Assembly: GCA_036277235.1 (NCBI GenBank)
Contig: DASUNJ010000389.1
Span: 1-36,919 of the forward strand
Length of the DNA stretch: 36,919 nt
Origin: Thermoanaerobaculia bacterium
GTDB taxonomy: Bacteria > Acidobacteriota > Thermoanaerobaculia > Multivoradales > UBA5704
Direction: 5' to 3'
In this document: positions 7,463 to 15,026 of the stretch, piece by piece
How the letters are laid out: the number at the start of each line of letters is the position of its first letter
Numbering within the stretch: the first letter of the stretch is position 1
Program-made: the position numbers and the translations under genes
Notes under the pieces: generated by a model
What the model saw: only the letters and a program-made list of their open reading frames with translations
Told to the model about the DNA's origin: nothing
The model's database searches: none

Positions 7463-8086
7463 ATGGGGAAGCCGTTTCTCACCGACGAGGCGAAAAGGGC
7501 GCTCACCGAAGCGGTGCACGAGGTGGAGGCTTCCACCAGCGCCGAGCTGGTGGTGGCGGTCCGCGCCCGCTCGGGCTCGTACCTCCATGCGGACCTGATC
7601 GCCGGCATCGCGGTCGGGCTCGCCGCCCTCGCCTTCCTGCTCTTCTCCGAGCGGGAGTTCGGCCTTCTCGCATTCGTGGTCGATACGGTCGTGGCCGGGC
7701 TCCTCGGCGGGCTGATCGCGTCCCGGTTCCCCGGTCTCCGACGGCTGCTGACCCGTCCCTCGGTCCGCCGCCATCTTGCCGAGACCGCGGCCCGCTCCGT
7801 CTTCCTGGAGAAGCGTGTCCATGGTACGGCCGGCCGCACCGGCTTCCTCCTCTACGTCTCCGTCCTGGAGCGCGAGGCGGTGGTGGTGACCGATCTCGGG
7901 CTCGAGGCCCTGGCCGCGACCGAGTCGTGGCAGCGGGCCGTCGGCGCCATCGAGGCCGGGGTGCGGGAGGGGGAGGACGGCGTCCGGATCGCGGAGAGGG
8001 TGCGGGCCCTCGCGCACGTCTGCGGTCCGGCTCTGCCCCGCGCCCATGACGACGTCGACGAGCTGGCCAACGAGGTGTGCGGGTGA
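7463..8086 (+). CDS. TPM-domain-like membrane protein
   Basis: The start is at MGKPFLTDEAK. The pattern is split TPM-like: EASTSAELVVAV...SGSY, then two hydrophobic helices, then TAGRTGFLLYVSVLEREAVVVTDLG...W. It overlaps the next gene by 10 nt. Confidence 0.6.
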   Translation: MGKPFLTDEAKRALTEAVHEVEASTSAELVVAVRARSGSYLHADLIAGIAVGLAALAFLLFSEREFGLLAFVVDTVVAGLLGGLIASRFPGLRRLLTRPSVRRHLAETAARSVFLEKRVHGTAGRTGFLLYVSVLEREAVVVTDLGLEALAATESWQRAVGAIEAGVREGEDGVRIAERVRALAHVCGPALPRAHDDVDELANEVCG

Positions 8087-9546
8087 GGCGATTCGTCTGG
8101 CTGGTCATTCTCCTCCTCCTTGTCCCGGCCCTGGCGATCGCCCGCCCGGGGGGAGGGGAAGGCTACGGCGGGGGTGGCGGCGACGGCGGAGGGGATGGAG
8201 CGGGCGAGCTGGTCTTCTTCCTGCTCCGGCTCTGGATCGAGTTCGTCATCCACTACCCGGCGATCGGCATCCCCGTGACCATCGCAGGCATCGTCGTCTT
8301 CCTGGTGTGGAAGAAGCGCCGGGGCAAGGCGGGCTCCCAGAACTGGGACCTCACGCCCCAACACGTGGCGCCGCCGACCCGACCGCGCTCCTTCGACCTC
8401 GACGCCATCCGGCAGCTCGATCCGAAGTTCTCGGCCGTCCTGTTCGAAGACTTCGCCTACGCCCTCTACGCCCGCGCGCACCAGGCGCGAACGGATCGCC
8501 GGGCTCTGGACGGCCTCGCGCCCTATCTGAGCGCGGCGGTCCGCGACCATCTCCAGCAGCGTCCCCCGGCTGGAGCCCCGGTGACGAGCGCGGTGGTGGG
8601 AGCCATGCGCGTCCTCCACCTCGCCTTTCCCCAGGGCTGGATCCAGGTCGGCCTGGAGTTCGAGTCCAACCTCACGGTGGGCGAGGGCGGCCAGTATGTG
8701 AGGGAGCGGTGGAACCTGGTGCGGAGCGCCTCCGCGCAGAGCAAGCCGCCGGAGCAGGTGAAGAGCTTCAAGTGCCCGAACTGCGGCGCTCCGTTCGATC
8801 CGGCCGGAGCGGCAGCGGGCGACCGCTGCGGCTTCTGCGGCGAGGTCGTCTCGGGAGGCCGGTTCGACTGGTCCGTGCAGAGCATCGAGGTCCTCAAGGT
8901 CGAGGCCCGCCCGCCGGCCCTGGTGAGCTCGGTGCAGGAGGTGGGCACCTCCTGGCCGACCGTCTACCACCCCCAGGTCCAGGCCCGCCGCGCCGAGCTG
9001 CTGCGGGACGACCCGGCGACCACGGACGAGGCCCTGGGCGCGCGCCTCCGCCTGGTCTACGACCAGCTCAACGCCGCCTGGACCGCGCTCGACCTGCGGC
9101 CCGCCCGCCCCTTCGTCTCGGACGGGCTCTTCGACTATCTCCAGTACTGGATCGCGGCCTATCAGCGCCAGGGGCTGCGCAACATGCTCGAAGGGATGCG
9201 GATGACCGAGTGGACGATCGCCAAGATCGTGCGCGACGCCCACTTCGACTCGATCACCTTCCGTATCTGGGGGAGCGGCCGGGACTACACGGTGAGGCAG
9301 GCGGATGGCCAGGTCGTCTCGGGCAATCCGAAGCAGGACCGCCTCTACTCCGAGTACTGGACCCTGATCCGCGCCGCCGGGGTCCACGCCGCCCCGCGGG
9401 CTGACCGGAGCTGCCCCAACTGCGGAGCCCCGGTCGATCAGGTCAACATGGCCGGGGAGTGCGGCCACTGCGGAGCCAAGATCACCCGCGGCGACTTCGA
9501 CTGGGTGCTCTCCAAGATCGAGCAGGACGACTCGTACTCGGGGTGA
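8077..9546 (+). CDS. Tim44-like domain protein with signal/TM region, Gly-rich tract and two zinc-ribbon motifs
   Basis: The N-terminus has hydrophobic segments plus GGGEGYGGGGGDGGGDG. Two CxxC...CxxC ribbons are present (KCPNCGAPFD...CGFCGE and CPNCGAPVD...CGHCGAKI), each followed by F/DW. The C-terminal region YSEYWTLIR resembles the Tim44-like fold family. Confidence 0.7.
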   Translation: MRVRRFVWLVILLLLVPALAIARPGGGEGYGGGGGDGGGDGAGELVFFLLRLWIEFVIHYPAIGIPVTIAGIVVFLVWKKRRGKAGSQNWDLTPQHVAPPTRPRSFDLDAIRQLDPKFSAVLFEDFAYALYARAHQARTDRRALDGLAPYLSAAVRDHLQQRPPAGAPVTSAVVGAMRVLHLAFPQGWIQVGLEFESNLTVGEGGQYVRERWNLVRSASAQSKPPEQVKSFKCPNCGAPFDPAGAAAGDRCGFCGEVVSGGRFDWSVQSIEVLKVEARPPALVSSVQEVGTSWPTVYHPQVQARRAELLRDDPATTDEALGARLRLVYDQLNAAWTALDLRPARPFVSDGLFDYLQYWIAAYQRQGLRNMLEGMRMTEWTIAKIVRDAHFDSITFRIWGSGRDYTVRQADGQVVSGNPKQDRLYSEYWTLIRAAGVHAAPRADRSCPNCGAPVDQVNMAGECGHCGAKITRGDFDWVLSKIEQDDSYSG

Positions 9547-9580
9547 TCCGACACCCCTTACCTCCGGCTCTGCGCTCCGG

Positions 9581-9913
9581 CGGGATGCTGCGACTCACCC
9601 CCGAGTCGCAGCATCCCGGGCTTCCGCAGCAGGAAAACGCCCTCCATTCGCAGCATCAGCACCCGCCTTCGCATCCTCCCGAGGCCATTATGCTGCGAAT
9701 GGAGGTCCAGGAGGCCACGCATGATCCTAGTTTGATGCGAAAGACGGTCGATATGCTGCGACTCGGGGTCGGGCGGCTGCGACACGCGGTCGGTATGCTG
9801 AGACTCACGGTCGAGTCGCAGCATACCGACCCTCGGCGGAGCCAAAACCAAGCCGATTCGCAGCATCTCTGCGTCGGTCGGATCCGCCGGACCTCCGGAT
9901 GCTGCGAATCGGC
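9581..9913. repeat. Cluster of 9 full (plus about 3 degenerate) copies of the ATGCTGCGA / TCGCAGCAT core, arranged as four inverted-repeat pairs (REP/REPIN-like)
   Basis: Forward cores lie at 9585, 9690, 9753, 9795 (ATGCTGAGA variant) and 9899. Reverse cores lie at 9606, 9648, 9816 and 9858. Pairs:
- 9581-9596/9603-9618: 16 bp perfect, 6-nt loop
- 9643-9656/9690-9703: 14 bp, 33-nt spacer
- 9791-9806/9813-9828: 16 bp with 1 mismatch, 6-nt loop
- 9852-9867/9898-9913: 16 bp perfect, 30-nt spacer. Confidence 0.9.
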
Positions 9914-10111
9914 CTACCGGGGATGAAGCCGGAGCTCGCCGCGGAGCCGCAGCAGCTCTTCTCGGGACACCACGTCGTCAAAGGTTCCGAGTTGCTCGCC
10001 AAGCTGTTCGAGGCGCTTGCGCCGGTTGAAATCTTGGATCGCCGGCACAATCGCCCCCCGCTTGGCCCAGGCCTGGATATGACGGATAATCGTCCTCCAA
10101 CTCGTCGTCAT
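9914..10111 (-). CDS. Small hypothetical protein (65 aa), third gene of the helicase cassette
   Basis: The ATG (complement of 10109-10111) lies 4 nt after the TAA of the DUF457 gene. The sequence is MTTSWRTIIRHIQAWAKRGAIVPAIQDFNRRKRLEQLGEQLGTFDDVVSREELLRLRGELRLHPR, which looks helical and charged. I recognise no family. Coding status rests on the tight spacing only. Confidence 0.4.
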   Translation of the reverse strand: MTTSWRTIIRHIQAWAKRGAIVPAIQDFNRRKRLEQLGEQLGTFDDVVSREELLRLRGELRLHPR

Positions 10112-10115
10112 GCCT

Positions 10116-10703
10116 TTATGGTACGTCAATCGTGGAATCCACGGATGGAAACCGGTCTTGTAGCGCCTTGACGAGCGCGGCGTTGGCCCGCGTCGAGACG
10201 AGCCCGAGCGGCGACACCCCGCTAGCCCAAGCCAGCCAGAACAGATGAGCCAGGAGCAGCAAGCTGATCAGGAGGTTGGGCCAGGCATTCAGAGCCCACT
10301 GCCAGGAGACCGTGAGCTGCGGGCTCTCCGAAAAAGGCCAGAGGTACGGGATGGGCCACTGCGAACCGTCGGGACCGCGGGCACCGACCAGGTCGCCTAG
10401 GAGATGTAGGTGGACGTTGAGAAGGACCAGCAGCGCGACCACGGCCCTGCGCGTGACGAGCCAAGCCGCTCCTGATAAGGCGACTGCGAACGGCAGGTTG
10501 TGCCCGAAGGTGTGATGGTACTCGGACCACCAGAGCAGCGGCCTCTCGGAGCTACGGGTGGCGAGTTCGGCGACGATCCCCAGTCCATCGAGATCCGGCG
10601 CCAGGGCGGCGGCGACGATGAAGGCCAGATCCCGGCGTGACAGGCCCGACGCAAGATGGGCCGCCGTAGACCAGCCGATGAGGCCGTGCGTGATGGGGTT
10701 CAT
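10116..10703 (-). CDS. DUF457 / YdjM-family membrane-bound metal-dependent hydrolase
   Basis: MNPITHGLIGW...APDLDGLG...HHTFGHNL...HLHLLGDL, with 4-5 hydrophobic helices, is the characteristic His/Asp pattern of the YdjM (LexA-regulated in E. coli) family. The start is 15 nt after the helicase stop. Confidence 0.8.
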   Translation of the reverse strand: MNPITHGLIGWSTAAHLASGLSRRDLAFIVAAALAPDLDGLGIVAELATRSSERPLLWWSEYHHTFGHNLPFAVALSGAAWLVTRRAVVALLVLLNVHLHLLGDLVGARGPDGSQWPIPYLWPFSESPQLTVSWQWALNAWPNLLISLLLLAHLFWLAWASGVSPLGLVSTRANAALVKALQDRFPSVDSTIDVP

Positions 10704-10718
10704 GAGCGTGCCTGGGGC

Positions 10719-13700
10719 CTAGCGCTGGACAGGGCGCCGAAGTATTTCCTGCACTATTATCTTGAGACGTTGCCGAATCCGACCGCCCATCCGATGGAAC
10801 GGTAGCGTGTCGAAGATCTCACGGATGAACTCCTCGTCGGTGCGCAGCTGGCCGTCGGATGCGACCCACTCGGCAATCTCCCGGAGTTCTCGGTCGCTGT
10901 AGTGATCGATTGTCTCACGCACCGGTACGAGTGGACGTAGCCCACGTTGCCGCTCGGCTGGCTGCCGCAGAGCCTGCTGTAAAAGCTGAGTCGAGTCCAA
11001 AGCCGTGGTCGGCGCCGCGTCAGCGTCCAACAAGTCCGCCCTGTTCACCGCTTCCTCGTAAGCTGCAACGGCGCGCTCCGTCTCTTGCTCGCGGTTGTAG
11101 AACCAATCCGTCGACCAGATGCGGAGGAACTGCCAGCCTAGCCGCTGGAGGTGGGCCTGACGTAGCCGATCACGGTCTCGGGCCGTAGGGCTCGAATGAT
11201 ACGAGGCTCCATCGCATTCGATGGCGAGCACCGGCCGGCCCGGCTTCATCGGATGCATGGCAACCAGATCAATGCGGTAGCGAGAGGCTCCGAACTGCGA
11301 GCGTGTCATGATGCCTTGGGCTTGCAGTGCGTCGCGAATATCGGCCTCGAATGCATTGAGGCCAATGTCGCCAGCGTGCTCTTCTTCGGGAAGTCGGGCG
11401 CCGCCGCTCGTTGCGTACTCGAGATACACCTTGAGCAATTGCACGCCCCGACTGCCGGAGCGGTTAAGGTCTATGTCATAGTGCGAGAACGAGCTGATGA
11501 CGCACATCCGGCGCTTCGCCCGAGTAACGGCCACATTCAGGCGGCGGTGACCGGCCTCCTGAGTGAGCGGGCCGAAGCGATGTGGCAGAACACCGTTCGC
11601 GGTTTTGCCATACCCTATGGTCAGAATGATGACATCTCTCTCATCGCCCTGCACGGTCTCCAGGTTCTTGACAAAGAAGCGCTCTTCCCGATCCAGTGAG
11701 AAGAAGTTTGTGAGATCCGGCCGGAGATCGAGGGCGCGATCCAGCGCGCCCTGTACGCGGTTTGCATGCTTGATGCCCATGGTAATCACACCGAGAGATT
11801 CATGGGACCGTGTCTCCGCATGCAGCAGAACCTGGCGCACGACTTCCTCGACCTCGCGCGATGCGCTCTCCTCCTGCCCACCGAGCGCAGCGTCATGCGG
11901 TACGAGTATGTGCCGGATGGCCTCATGGTCCCGGGCGCTTGGAAAGGTCACGAGCCGACCATCATAGTAACTAGTGTTGCTGAACGTGATGAGCCGTTCG
12001 TCTTCGCTACGGTAGTGCCACTCCAGAGGCCATGGCTGCAGGAAGGCTTCCAGAGTGCCAAGCAGGCTCTCGAAACCGCCAATTGCAGCAGTCACCGTGG
12101 CCAGTGTGTCGCGTGCCTCATCGTCGTCCTCGAGAATCTCGTCCTCACCTTCAACCGCCGTCGCAAAGAACGTCGTTGGTGGCAACTGGTGCCGGTCACC
12201 AGCCACAACCACCTGTTCGGCGCGGTAGAGTGAAGGAATTGCCTCCTCCTGGAGTATCTGGCTCGCTTCGTCGAAGACAACGAGGTCGAAATGGCGCTTG
12301 CCACCGTCCAGCAGCTGGCTGACCGAGAGAGGGCTTGCGACCCAGCAGGGCGCGATCCGCGTCAGCACCTCAGGAGCGCGGGCCAGCAACTCGCGCAACG
12401 GAATGTGTCGGGACTTCTTGCGTACCTCGGTCCGGACCAGGTTAGCCTGATCGAAGTGCTGGTTCATCGACTCGATGGCGCGCTCACCATGGAGCCGGCG
12501 CACGCGTTCAGCGGCAAGGCGGAGGCGTTCGCGATCCAGTCGAATGAACTCAGCGACGATCTGCTCGTGTGCACGGCCGTTGAATGATGCGAGGCCCGGA
12601 GTCGATGCGAAGACCTGCTCAAGCGCAGAGTAGAGCCATATGTAATCGAACCGGTCTACCCAGTATTCGGTAGCGACATTGTGCTCTCGGAGATCATCAA
12701 TGAAGCGGATGAGACCTGCCGCTGTCAGGTACGAGCGGACCGCGTGAACGCCCGGCAGGCGGTAAGGCGTCCTTTGGTCGCTGGAAAGTTCCCGTAGCCG
12801 TGACACCATCGCCATCAGAGGCATACCGTCGAAAGGGCCCGCTTCCGTTATCGTGCCGAGCACCTTCGTCGCATCGCTCAGCTCGGCGAACACGGCTGCT
12901 AACTCCTTCTCGCCCTCCGCCTCGACGGGCACGTCGGAGGACGCACCAAGCGCTCGCCAGCGCCGAAGCAAGTCCGCGGTGTGCACCGCCTCCTCGTGCA
13001 AGGTTGCGGACGTTGCCGGCGTCCCTCGCAGGGCGAGCAACTGCTTGCGTGCGGCCCGGAATCTCCCGTTGCTGACGAACGCCCATACGCGGGTGAATGG
13101 ACCGCCTGTCGCGGGCCCAAGCGTCCGCGCCAGTTCGTCAGGGCGCACCGAGAAGATCTCAATTGCGTACTGTTTGCGGATGCCGCTTGCGTCACGAAGC
13201 ACAGTCAACAACGTAGCGACCTCATCCACCGTTCCAGGTTGCTGGAGCCCAAGGCGGTGCACCACTTGATCGAGAAGGAGCGCGAACCGGGGCCAAAGTT
13301 CGGAGGCCGCCCGCATCGCCAGATCGAGCGCCTTCTGCGCAAGGAGGCCTTCTGTGATATCTGCGTTGTTCCACGGCGACGAGTCTGTTCCGAGTAGCAG
13401 AGTCGGGCTGGCGGCGCCCTCGAGGATCCACTGTTTAACATCCTCCGCGCGCTCGGCCGTGAGTGCGGCCAGTTTGTCATCGCGGAGCCGCAACTCGGAT
13501 CTCGCTGCCGCCGGCAGGCGGAGGAGCCTGCCGGTCATCTGGTTCACGGAAAGCCCAGTCGGTTGTCGAACCTTGTTCACTTGACGCGCATGTTCGTTCA
13601 GCTGCTTGCGCCGAGCCTCGAATTGGCGATGAACGGCATCGGCACCATCTGATGGCAGCGAGTGGCGGATGTGCTCCAACGTGTGCGCAAGCCGCGCCAT

Positions 13701-14864
13701 GATCTCTTTTCGTGACACGGAAGCACCATGCAGATCGAGCACTAGATGACCGAGTCCCACATCCGGATGACTGAGGCGCTTGATGACCGCCTCTAGCGCT
13801 GCCCGCTTCTCCGCGACGAAGAGGACCCGACGCCCCTCCGCCACGCTCTGGGCGATGAGGTTCGCGATCGTCTGGCTCTTGCCAGTTCCTGGAGGCCCAT
13901 GCACGATGCCGCTCTGGCCTTTTCCAACCAGCACGATGGCGCGTTGCTGTGTAGAGTCCGCATCGAGCACGAGGTAGTCGGCTGCTGCGGGGCGCTCGTC
14001 GAGCTGAGCGGGCTCGAGGTCGCCCACTGCATCGGCGAGTTCCTTTCTAGAAGCCGAATGGCCTGAGATGGCCGCAACGATGGTGCTCGAAGCCATGGCT
14101 GCGCCGTTTTTCTTCAAATCCTCGACCATGGCCATTTTCGCGAACTGAAAATTCGCCAGGATCACGCGCCGTTTCACTTCGAAGCCAGGCACGGCCGCAG
14201 CCAAGTGTTGGATACTCGACAACACGCACTCTGGGTCGACGCGCCAGTGCCCGGATTCATCTTCGCCTCCACAATCGCTCAAGATGGCAGATGAGTTGAC
14301 TCGGAGCGTGTAGCTCTCCTCAAGCACATACAGCAGCACGGGGTTCACTTGGGGCTCGCCCGCAACTGAGAGTCGCAGGTCATCGCCTGTCCGTCCGCGC
14401 GTCTCAATGTGAGCAGGCAGCAGCAGCACAGGTGCGTCGTACGGCCTCCCACCATCGGAGGCGGGCCACGTGGCCATCCCCATCGCGAGGTGGAGCGTCT
14501 CGATGCCCTTCTCCTCAAGATTACCTATCGCCTTACGCTGTAGCGCGACGAGCGCATTTCGTACCATCTTCCGCGCCTCGGATTCAGCCCGGGCGCGGAC
14601 GACGGGGTCAGGGCTCTCTGCATGCCGGCCAACGGAGGCCAGCGCCTCCATCGTTAGCGTTTCACCTGCCAATAGACGGCCTACAGCCTCGGTCTTGGCA
14701 CTCAGGTCGAGGGTGCCAACCTTGAGATCGCGGTAGAAGAGAAGGGAGTTTGCTCGCGAGTAGTCAATCAGTCGTCTGATCCATACAACGCGAGCGGCAT
14801 CTACGATGCGGCGAATCTCAGATCCCAAACCGTCCGACTCAGTCACGCTGGCCTCGGGTTGCAC
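10719..14864 (-). CDS. Giant SF1 (Upf1/DNA2-like) helicase fused to DUF4011 N-domain, Vsr/DUF559-type endonuclease domain and DUF3320-like tail
   Basis: This is a 1381-aa ORF. Domain evidence:
- N-terminus: WIRRLIDYSRANSLLFYRDLKVGTLDL (DUF4011-like)
- Walker A: GPPGTGKS (DNA about 13875-13898)
- Motif II and neighbours: VVFDEASQ, then GDRHQLPPT
- AAA_12 motifs: WHYRS, VQGDERDVIILT, RRLNVAVTRAK
- Nuclease core: RYRIDLV...LAIECDGASYH...RLGWQFLRIW (DNA about 11197-11229 for IECDG)
- C-terminus: ELREIAEWVASDGQLRTDEEFIREI (DUF3320-like)

The start is uncertain: GTG at 14864, or GTG at 14846, which has GAGG 5 nt upstream. Confidence 0.9.
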   Translation of the reverse strand: MQPEASVTESDGLGSEIRRIVDAARVVWIRRLIDYSRANSLLFYRDLKVGTLDLSAKTEAVGRLLAGETLTMEALASVGRHAESPDPVVRARAESEARKMVRNALVALQRKAIGNLEEKGIETLHLAMGMATWPASDGGRPYDAPVLLLPAHIETRGRTGDDLRLSVAGEPQVNPVLLYVLEESYTLRVNSSAILSDCGGEDESGHWRVDPECVLSSIQHLAAAVPGFEVKRRVILANFQFAKMAMVEDLKKNGAAMASSTIVAAISGHSASRKELADAVGDLEPAQLDERPAAADYLVLDADSTQQRAIVLVGKGQSGIVHGPPGTGKSQTIANLIAQSVAEGRRVLFVAEKRAALEAVIKRLSHPDVGLGHLVLDLHGASVSRKEIMARLAHTLEHIRHSLPSDGADAVHRQFEARRKQLNEHARQVNKVRQPTGLSVNQMTGRLLRLPAAARSELRLRDDKLAALTAERAEDVKQWILEGAASPTLLLGTDSSPWNNADITEGLLAQKALDLAMRAASELWPRFALLLDQVVHRLGLQQPGTVDEVATLLTVLRDASGIRKQYAIEIFSVRPDELARTLGPATGGPFTRVWAFVSNGRFRAARKQLLALRGTPATSATLHEEAVHTADLLRRWRALGASSDVPVEAEGEKELAAVFAELSDATKVLGTITEAGPFDGMPLMAMVSRLRELSSDQRTPYRLPGVHAVRSYLTAAGLIRFIDDLREHNVATEYWVDRFDYIWLYSALEQVFASTPGLASFNGRAHEQIVAEFIRLDRERLRLAAERVRRLHGERAIESMNQHFDQANLVRTEVRKKSRHIPLRELLARAPEVLTRIAPCWVASPLSVSQLLDGGKRHFDLVVFDEASQILQEEAIPSLYRAEQVVVAGDRHQLPPTTFFATAVEGEDEILEDDDEARDTLATVTAAIGGFESLLGTLEAFLQPWPLEWHYRSEDERLITFSNTSYYDGRLVTFPSARDHEAIRHILVPHDAALGGQEESASREVEEVVRQVLLHAETRSHESLGVITMGIKHANRVQGALDRALDLRPDLTNFFSLDREERFFVKNLETVQGDERDVIILTIGYGKTANGVLPHRFGPLTQEAGHRRLNVAVTRAKRRMCVISSFSHYDIDLNRSGSRGVQLLKVYLEYATSGGARLPEEEHAGDIGLNAFEADIRDALQAQGIMTRSQFGASRYRIDLVAMHPMKPGRPVLAIECDGASYHSSPTARDRDRLRQAHLQRLGWQFLRIWSTDWFYNREQETERAVAAYEEAVNRADLLDADAAPTTALDSTQLLQQALRQPAERQRGLRPLVPVRETIDHYSDRELREIAEWVASDGQLRTDEEFIREIFDTLPFHRMGGRIRQRLKIIVQEILRRPVQR

Positions 14865-15026
14865 ACAGCCGTGAGACGTTTGCGGGAAGCGCAGGCGCGT
14901 GACATGGGGAGGTTCGTACGGAACGAAAGTATAGGCGCTACAAGCAAAGTGCCTCTCATTTTACAGTATGTAGCTTGGCACGTTTGCACAGCGCCCGTCA
15001 GGTCTCTGATTGCACTCAGGTTTTAG

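Noticed and set aside
9459-9926. ORFs 9459-9926 (+) and 9558-9866 (-) spanning the hairpin-repeat cluster; their translations show repeated MLRL/MLRI/ESQH motifs.
   Set aside because: The periodic peptide motifs simply mirror the inverted DNA repeats on both strands. There is no RBS or family similarity. I treat the region as non-coding.
14955-14972. A LexA-box-like TACTGTAAAAT sequence (minus strand) upstream of the cassette. This was tempting because DUF457/YdjM is SOS-regulated in E. coli.
   Set aside because: Only the CTGT half-site is present. The expected ACAG half-site 8 nt away is missing (AGGC), and LexA boxes differ between phyla. No call can be supported.
14976-14988. A sigma-54-like TGGCAC...TTGCA motif upstream of the helicase gene.
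   Set aside because: The GG and GC elements are 9 nt apart instead of the canonical 12. The motif is also on the plus strand, pointing away from the minus-strand cassette.
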